32,000 nt of DNA from an archaeon (GTDB taxonomy: Archaea > Iainarchaeota > Iainarchaeia > Iainarchaeales > JANQMZ01), in the NCBI GenBank assembly GCA_028279805.1, contig JANQMZ010000007.1:180001-212000 (forward strand), given 5' to 3'. Shown here piece by piece: positions 26,362-32,000 of the stretch; positions within the stretch are counted from its first letter, which is position 1, and the number at the start of each line of letters is the position of its first letter. Under the pieces are notes generated by a model. That model ran no database searches, was not told where the DNA came from, and was given only the letters and a program-made list of their open reading frames with translations. Both the position numbers and the translations under genes were made by a program.

Positions 26362-27387
26362 ATGGGCGTAAATTTAGGCGAATTGTCTTCAAAAGAAGAA
26401 ATTAATCTGGATGTTTTAAAAGGCAGAATGGTCGGAGTTGACTCTTTTAACATTTTGTATCAATTCCTGAGTTCAATTAGGGGATATGATGGCACACCTT
26501 TACAGGATTCACAGGGCAGAATAACATCACATTTAGCAGGTTTGCTGTATAGAACTTCGAGTTTGGTTGAAAAAGAAATTAAGCCTGTTTTTGTTTTTGA
26601 CGGCGAGCATCATAAACTTAAAAGTGAAACTGTTGCAAAAAGAAATGAAATTAGGACTCAGGCAAAAGAAAAATTTGAAGAAGCCAAAAAAAAAGGAAAA
26701 GAAAAGGAAATGAGAAAATATGCACAACAGGCTTTGCGTTTAACTCCCAAAATGGTTGAAGAATCAAAACAATTACTGGAATATTTGGGTTTGCCTGTTG
26801 TTCAGGCTCCAAGCGAGGGAGAAGCACAGGCTTCCTTTATGACTGACAATGGAGATTTGTATGGTTGTGTTTCGCAGGATTTTGATGTTTTATTGTTTGG
26901 AGGAAAGGTTTTGCTAAGAAACATTACTGTTTCCGGTAAAAGAAAAATTCCAAACAAGGATATTTATGTTGACGTAAAACCTGAAAAAATTGAACTGGAA
27001 AAAACTTTACAGGAACTGGGAATTTCAAGAGAAAAATTAATCTGGATTGCAATTTTGGTTGGAAACGATTTTAGTGAAAAGTTTCCAAAAATCGGTCCAA
27101 AAACCGCGTTGAATTTGGTTAAAAAATTTGATTCTTTTGAAAGAATAATAAAAGAAACAAAACATAAACCAAATTTTGATTATAAGGAAATTTTAAACAT
27201 ATTTTTGAATCCCGAGCATTCAAAGGATTATTCTTTAAAGTTTTCATCACCAAATAATGAAAAAGTTTTGGAATTTTTATGCGAGGAAAGAGAATTTTCA
27301 AAAGAACGAGTGGAAAACGCTTTAAATAAACTGGAGTTAAAAGCAAAAGAAAAAGGAACTCAGTCAAGACTGGATGCATGGGGTTAA
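26362..27387 (+). CDS. fen: Flap endonuclease 1
   Basis: VGVDSFNILYQFLSSIRG; FVFDGEHHKLK; APSEGEAQASFM; QDFDVLLFGG; GNDFSEKFPKIGPKTALNLV; C-terminal PIP-box-like QSRLDAW. Confidence 0.96.
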   Translation: MGVNLGELSSKEEINLDVLKGRMVGVDSFNILYQFLSSIRGYDGTPLQDSQGRITSHLAGLLYRTSSLVEKEIKPVFVFDGEHHKLKSETVAKRNEIRTQAKEKFEEAKKKGKEKEMRKYAQQALRLTPKMVEESKQLLEYLGLPVVQAPSEGEAQASFMTDNGDLYGCVSQDFDVLLFGGKVLLRNITVSGKRKIPNKDIYVDVKPEKIELEKTLQELGISREKLIWIAILVGNDFSEKFPKIGPKTALNLVKKFDSFERIIKETKHKPNFDYKEILNIFLNPEHSKDYSLKFSSPNNEKVLEFLCEEREFSKERVENALNKLELKAKEKGTQSRLDAWG

Positions 27388-28886
27388 TTTTTTTTCTTTT
27401 TAGGTTTTGATTTTTTTTCTTCAGGCTTCATTTGAGGGAAAAGAATAACATCCTTAATTGTTGCAGAATTTGTCAAAAGCATCACAACTCTGTCTATTCC
27501 AATGCCTAAGCCGCCTGCAGGAGGCATTCCGTATTTTAATGCTTCAACATAGTCTTCATCAACTGGATGATTTTCTCCTTTTGCCCTGCCCTGATCTGCC
27601 TGTTCTTTGAAAAATTTTTCCTGCAATTCCGGATTGTTTAATTCGGAATAAGCATTGGCAAATTCCCAGCCATTGATAAACAATTCAAATCTTTCAATTA
27701 AATCTTTGTTTCCTCTTTTTGGTTTGCACAAAGGAGTTGTTTCTTTCGGATAATCAATTACAAAAGTCGGTTGAATTAATTTTTCTTCACAAAAATGGTC
27801 AAACAATTCAGCTATTGCCAGCCCTCTTTTGAACGTGTCCAATTCTAACTGATTTTCTTTTAATAATTTTTTTAAATCAGAGTCTGATAATTTTTCAACA
27901 TCCAGGTCTGCATATTTTTTTAATGCATCATAAACTGTTATTTTTTTCCACGGCGTTTTAAAATCAATTTCTTTATCCTGGTAAGTTATTTTTGTTTTTC
28001 CTGTTAATTCTTTTACAACAAATTCAAATAATTCTTCTGTTAATTTCATAACATCATTGTAATCCCAGTAAGCTGCATAACATTCCATCATTGTAAATTC
28101 AGGATTGTGTGTTTTGTCAACGCCTTCATTTCTAAAATTTTTACAAATGGTATAAACTTTTTCAAAACCCCCCACAATCAGCCTTTTTAGATATAATTCA
28201 GGGGAAATTGACAAATAAAAATTTGATTTCCACGCATGGGATTCTGTTATAAAAGGCCTTGCATTGGCTCCGCCATAATTTGGCTGTAATAAAGGAATAT
28301 CTGTTTCCAAAAATTCTTTTTCTTCTAAAAATTTTTTTACAAAAGAAATTATTTTTGAACGTTTGAAAAAAATTTCCCTGACTTTTGAATTGGCAATTAA
28401 ATCCAAATATCTTTTTCTGTATCTTGCTTCAATATCTTTTAAGCCATGCCATTTGTCAGGCAAAGGAATGTGTGCTTTGGTTAAAAAAGTCAGTTTTGAA
28501 GCAAAAACTGATGGTTCTCCTTTTTTTGTTTTATACGGATTTCCTTGAACTCCGATAAAATCTCCAACATCCAATAATTCTAAAATTTTAAAATTTTCTT
28601 TTCCGACTGAATCAAGAGAAGCTAAAACCTGAATTTTTCCAAAACCGTCCAGCAAATCAAAAAAAAATAATTTTCCAAAATTTCTTTTTAAAATAATTCT
28701 TCCGGCAACAGATAATTTTTCTTTGGATTTTTCATTTTCCTTAAGCTTTTCTGACAATTTTTTAGCCTGAACAGAAGAATGATTTTTATCAAAACTATAA
28801 GAATAGGGTTCAATTCCCAAAGAAATTAATTCCTTCAGGCTGTCCTCTCTGCTTTTTAAAAGCATTTCTTTACGTTTTTCAGCCAT
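27384..28886 (-). CDS. lysS: Lysyl-tRNA synthetase, class II
   Basis: OB-fold AGRIILKRNFGKLFFFDLLDG; class II motif 2 FRNEGVDKTHNPEFTMMECY; motif 3 GLGIGIDRVVMLLTNSATIKDVILFP. Confidence 0.97.
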   Translation of the reverse strand: MAEKRKEMLLKSREDSLKELISLGIEPYSYSFDKNHSSVQAKKLSEKLKENEKSKEKLSVAGRIILKRNFGKLFFFDLLDGFGKIQVLASLDSVGKENFKILELLDVGDFIGVQGNPYKTKKGEPSVFASKLTFLTKAHIPLPDKWHGLKDIEARYRKRYLDLIANSKVREIFFKRSKIISFVKKFLEEKEFLETDIPLLQPNYGGANARPFITESHAWKSNFYLSISPELYLKRLIVGGFEKVYTICKNFRNEGVDKTHNPEFTMMECYAAYWDYNDVMKLTEELFEFVVKELTGKTKITYQDKEIDFKTPWKKITVYDALKKYADLDVEKLSDSDLKKLLKENQLELDTFKRGLAIAELFDHFCEEKLIQPTFVIDYPKETTPLCKPKRGNKDLIERFELFINGWEFANAYSELNNPELQEKFFKEQADQGRAKGENHPVDEDYVEALKYGMPPAGGLGIGIDRVVMLLTNSATIKDVILFPQMKPEEKKSKPKKKKN

Positions 28887-28926
28887 TTAAATACCCAGTA
28901 AACTTAATTCACTAAACTTATTTAAA

Positions 28927-29571
28927 CTATTTTAACGGAACAAAAACGTATTGCCCTGCACTGGTTTCTCTTTTAATCATGCTTTTTTCATTTTTTTTCA
29001 AAACCTGTAACATTTGGCTTTGTCCTGCGCCAATTGGTGCAACCATTCTCCCATTGTCTGCCAGTTGTTCAATTAATTCTTTTGGAAAGTCTTTTGCCGC
29101 AGCTGAAATTAAAATTCTGTCAAAAGGTTTTTCTTCAGGCCAGCCTTTTTTTCCATCACCAGATTTAATTTTAACATTTTTAATTTCCTCAATTTCCAGA
29201 TTTGCTTTTGATATATCCGCCAACTGCCTGATTAATTCTATGCCAAAAACTTTTCCTTCTGTTCCGACAAGTTTTGACAATAAAGCCGAAACATAACCGC
29301 ATCCTGAACCAACTTCCAAAATTTTCATTCCTTTTTTTACCTGTAAAAATTCAAGCATTATTGCAATTGTTGATGGTTGTGAAATTGTTTGGCCAAAACC
29401 TATGGGAAAAGCATTGTCAACATACGCTGCTTCCTTGTTTGTTGAAAAAAAAGTTTCCCTGTTTATTTCAAAAAAAGCTTTTTCAACTTCTTTTGATTTT
29501 ATTGCTTCAAACATTTTCATTTCTTTAATGAGTTTTTCTTTTTTTTCAGCCAAAAGTTTTTCATCCAGCAT
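28927..29571 (-). CDS. pcm: Protein-L-isoaspartate O-methyltransferase
   Basis: GFGQTISQPSTIAIMLEFL; SAM motif ILEVGSGCGYVSALLSKL; FDRILISAAAKDFPKEL; NGRMVAPIG. Confidence 0.94.
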   Translation of the reverse strand: MLDEKLLAEKKEKLIKEMKMFEAIKSKEVEKAFFEINRETFFSTNKEAAYVDNAFPIGFGQTISQPSTIAIMLEFLQVKKGMKILEVGSGCGYVSALLSKLVGTEGKVFGIELIRQLADISKANLEIEEIKNVKIKSGDGKKGWPEEKPFDRILISAAAKDFPKELIEQLADNGRMVAPIGAGQSQMLQVLKKNEKSMIKRETSAGQYVFVPLK

Positions 29572-30389
29572 TAAAACAACCCCGCAATAAAAGCAATTAA
29601 CGCAATAAACATGCCAATTTTAGTCAAACCCTGGTTTTCACTTGGAGTCCGGGTTAAAGAATATAAAAACACCAAATCAGCAAAAATTACAATAATCAAA
29701 TAATAAAATCCAAGCAATCCAAGCATAAAAGGAACAAAGCTTAATGCAACTCCTGCAATAATAAAAACCGATGCCAAAATTTTTGCCTTGCTTTCACCAA
29801 AAAGTATTGGCAAAGTTTTTGCATTCAACTTTTTATCCCCTTCAATGTCCTCAATATCTCCGATTATTTCTCTGCCCATGTTAACCAGAAAAGCCAGTAT
29901 TGCCAGCCATAAAACTTTTTCAAAACTTAAAACAATTAATGCTCCGAAAACAAATGTTGTTGCCGGAAACCAGGAATCAACCAGATTACCAATTAAAGGC
30001 ATTGCTTTAAAGTTGCGTGCATAAAAAATTTCCAGAACAGTGTTCAGCAAAGCCAGAGCAAAAGCGTAAATGTTAATAAAAAAAGCCAACAATAAACCAA
30101 AAGCAAATAATAAAATTGAAAAGTTTAGTGCCTGAGCTTTTGAAATTTTTCCTGAAGGAATCGGTCTTTGAGGTGCATTAATTTTATCAATTTCTGAGTC
30201 AAAAAAATCATTCAAAACTATTCCTGCACCGGATATTACAAAAACAGAAATTAATGCCAAAATTAACGGAATTAAAAAAGAGCCAAAACCGATGAATCCT
30301 AAGCTGACAAAAAAGCCAACCAGTACTCCAAGCATTGCCAAAAATCCGTCATTGGGCCTTAAAATTTTCCAATAATCTGTTAGTGCCAA
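29571..30389 (-). CDS. UbiA-family prenyltransferase, likely (S)-2,3-di-O-geranylgeranylglyceryl phosphate synthase (TTG start)
   Basis: LNDFFDSEIDKINAPQRPIPSGKIS and NMGREIIGDIEDIEGDKKLNAKTLPILFG; SD-like caggtga before TTG. Confidence 0.9.
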   Translation of the reverse strand: MALTDYWKILRPNDGFLAMLGVLVGFFVSLGFIGFGSFLIPLILALISVFVISGAGIVLNDFFDSEIDKINAPQRPIPSGKISKAQALNFSILLFAFGLLLAFFINIYAFALALLNTVLEIFYARNFKAMPLIGNLVDSWFPATTFVFGALIVLSFEKVLWLAILAFLVNMGREIIGDIEDIEGDKKLNAKTLPILFGESKAKILASVFIIAGVALSFVPFMLGLLGFYYLIIVIFADLVFLYSLTRTPSENQGLTKIGMFIALIAFIAGLF

Positions 30390-30428
30390 ACAATTTCACC
30401 TGTTTTTTAAAATAGTCAAACAAGTTAA

Positions 30429-30590
30429 TTAAGTTTTTTTGACTTTGTGTTTTAATCTCAGTCTTTTGCTGCTGCATTTTCTGCATTTCAAGGGATGTTT
30501 TCCCTCTGAACCCCTGTTTCTGGCGTTGCATTTCATGCAAATCCAGATATTGTTGAACAATCTTGCCTCAGCTTCCGCAAATTTTGCCAA
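30429..30590 (-). CDS. rpl40e: Ribosomal protein L40e (TTG start), absent from the supplied ORF track
   Basis: Manual minus-strand translation: [53 protein letters not shown] (53 aa). It has a CX2C...CX2C zinc ribbon and the typical L40e opening EAEARLFN...[12 protein letters not shown]-like aaaggtg is just upstream, with an in-frame TAA immediately 5' of the TTG. Confidence 0.93.
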   Translation of the reverse strand: MAKFAEAEARLFNNIWICMKCNARNRGSEGKHPLKCRKCSSKRLRLKHKVKKT

Positions 30591-30712
30591 TTAAAACACC
30601 TTTAAATCAGAATTAATAACTGTTATTAGGTTACATTTAAAAAGCATTTTATTGCCAAATTTCTGTTAGGCTACTTTTTAGCATTTTAACATTAAAATGC
30701 GAACGAAGTGAG

Positions 30713-30738
30713 CCGGTGCCATTGCAAATGGCACGCGG
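30713..30738. other. Strong stem-loop upstream of tRNA-Glu
   Basis: CCGGTGCCATT-gca-AATGGCACgCGG: 8 bp, a one-base bulge, then 3 bp. Confidence 0.6.
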
Positions 30739-30760
30739 AGTAACCGTACGCAATCGGTTT

Positions 30761-30835
30761 GCCCCTGTGGTGTAGTTCGGTCAAGCATCCTGGCCTTTCA
30801 AGCCAGTGACTCGGGTTCAAATCCCGGCAGGGGCA
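30761..30835 (+). tRNA. tRNA-Glu(TTC)
   Basis: GCCCCTG acceptor pairs with CAGGGGC; anticodon arm CTGGC-CTTTCAA-GCCAG gives anticodon TTC; T arm CTCGGG-TTCAAAT-CCCGG; discriminator A; no encoded CCA. Confidence 0.96.
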
Positions 30836-30880
30836 CTTTTTTTTGTTTCAAGCGCAGAAAAAAGCCAGTTAGTTAAATGC

Positions 30881-31336
30881 TTATTGAAAATCAAAAGGAA
30901 GTTGTGTTATTCTTTTTAAATTTATTAAATGAATTTCTGTTTGTAAAATTTTCCGAACGTCTCTTCTTTTAACTGCCTGGCTTAATGTTAAATCTTCTTT
31001 GCCTTTTCCACTATGTGTTATAATTCCGCCTGCCCACATTGTTCCGTTTCGGTCCATTGTTACAGTTGTAACCAGAAAAAGGCGAGAATGATAAATACCG
31101 TCAACAGGTGTTTGATAAAATGCAATCACGCCCGGTTTTATTCCTATTCCGGAACGTGAATCAAATGTTGCATAACGAAGATCAACGGTTTCATGTTTTT
31201 TAAGTGCTTCAATTTTTCTTCTCAAATCTTGTTCAGAAATGATTTGCCTCCGCATTTTTCTTTTTGGATAACCCAGTTCTCCAAAAAAATGAGCTTCTTT
31301 AGGAGTTTGTTCAGGAATTCTTCTTTTTTCAAACAT
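30881..31336 (-). CDS. Hypothetical protein
   Basis: ORF with the likely start at internal ATG 31336 (MFEKRRIPEQTPKEAHFFGELGYPKRKMRRQ...). That places it one base from the stop of the upstream gene. Confidence 0.65.
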   Translation of the reverse strand: MFEKRRIPEQTPKEAHFFGELGYPKRKMRRQIISEQDLRRKIEALKKHETVDLRYATFDSRSGIGIKPGVIAFYQTPVDGIYHSRLFLVTTVTMDRNGTMWAGGIITHSGKGKEDLTLSQAVKRRDVRKILQTEIHLINLKRITQLPFDFQ

Positions 31337-31337
31337 T

Positions 31338-31802
31338 TTATTCCGCCAAAACAGCACTTGGATTTAATTCTTTTATTGGAAAAAGCCTTGCTTCTCGTTC
31401 CTCTCTTAACCTGAACAGAATTAAATCGTCTCCTTTTTTATAATTTGGAATGTCTTCAGGCAATTCTGAACGATGAGTCATTTTAATTACTGCATCAGGT
31501 TTTCCCTTAAAAATTATTTCAACGTAACCCCAGCACATTCTTTGCTTTGAATCCCACCACCGGATAACATCTCCGACTTTTAAGGCTCCAATAACACTGT
31601 GCCCGTGTTTTAATCTTCGCTGTTCTTCAATTTTTAATAATTCTGATTTGGAAATTTGCTGAACTGAAGTTAAAGGTTTTGAATCAATTTCACCGTTTTT
31701 TATTTCCAAAGTCATTCTGATTTTTTTGTTTGAACCGGCAACAAATTGTCTTGGTTTTTTCTCCGTTTTTTTCGGACGATGAACAGGCCTTCTTGTTCTC
31801 AT
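31338..31802 (-). CDS. Hypothetical protein with basic N-terminus
   Basis: Likely start at internal ATG 31802 (MRTRRPVHRPKKTEKKPRQ...). A TATA-like cttttatac lies about 25-30 nt upstream, consistent with a leaderless transcript. Confidence 0.65.
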   Translation of the reverse strand: MRTRRPVHRPKKTEKKPRQFVAGSNKKIRMTLEIKNGEIDSKPLTSVQQISKSELLKIEEQRRLKHGHSVIGALKVGDVIRWWDSKQRMCWGYVEIIFKGKPDAVIKMTHRSELPEDIPNYKKGDDLILFRLREEREARLFPIKELNPSAVLAE

Positions 31803-31885
31803 AATAATATGCAAGTGCCCGTTGTATAAAAGCTTTTTTGATTCAACAGAAAACAATTTAAAACAAATCATTCTATTGGTTAAAG

Positions 31886-32000
31886 ATGCAGTTAAAAAAA
31901 TTTTGGAAAGAGTTTTTGCTTGTATTTATTTTAACATTTGTTTTACAATTTTTGGCAGACTATTCTGATAACTTTGTTTCAGATGAAATTATCAGGGAAA
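31886..32000 (+). CDS. Hypothetical secreted or membrane protein, 3'-truncated by the window edge
   Basis: ATG at 31886 opens an ORF to the window end: MQLKKFWKEFLLVFILTFVLQFLADYSDNFVSDEIIRE..., with a signal-peptide-like N-terminus. Confidence 0.5.
   Translation, partial: MQLKKFWKEFLLVFILTFVLQFLADYSDNFVSDEIIRE

Noticed and set aside
30349-30540. 63-aa minus-strand [16 protein letters not shown]...
   Set aside because: It is an alternate-frame shadow of the ribosomal protein L40e gene.
1-32000. CRISPR array, transposase, integrase, toxin-antitoxin or restriction system
   Set aside because: No regularly spaced identical repeats and no recognisable nuclease, transposase or integrase motifs except FEN1, which is housekeeping. 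An archaeal MBF1-like HTH gene beside a protease was considered as a toxin-antitoxin pair, but the partner is a clear site-2 protease.

Overview
The window looks like a compact, AT-rich archaeal chromosome segment, probably from a DPANN-type lineage. The evidence is FtsZ, FEN1, Taw1/TYW1, ribosomal protein L40e, an MBF1-like factor, a UbiA-family prenyltransferase, and TATA-like or leaderless promoters. I read four tRNAs, none encoding CCA: Leu-CAA, Ser-GCT, Asn-GTT and Glu-TTC. The largest coherent unit is a 7-gene minus-strand operon at about 13.07-19.99 kb: lipA, E1-alpha, E1-beta, E2, E3, and a split lipoate-protein ligase with separate C- and N-terminal domain genes. Other units are a FtsX/MacB-type ABC exporter operon, carA-carB, and ferredoxin-taw1. 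There is also an MBF1-like gene abutting a site-2 protease gene, followed by a secreted protein with three 21-aa repeats and CX13C modules. The ORF track misses a ribosomal protein L40e gene with a TTG start (30429..30590, minus). I find no CRISPR array, no clear transposon and no recognisable defence system. The most useful unexplained signals are the archaeal PDH/lipoylation operon, the 3-Cys ferredoxin beside Taw1, the secreted repeat/Cys protein, an orphan EF-Tu domain-2-like protein, two candidate structured RNAs next to tRNAs, and the ftsZ leader and 3' hairpin.
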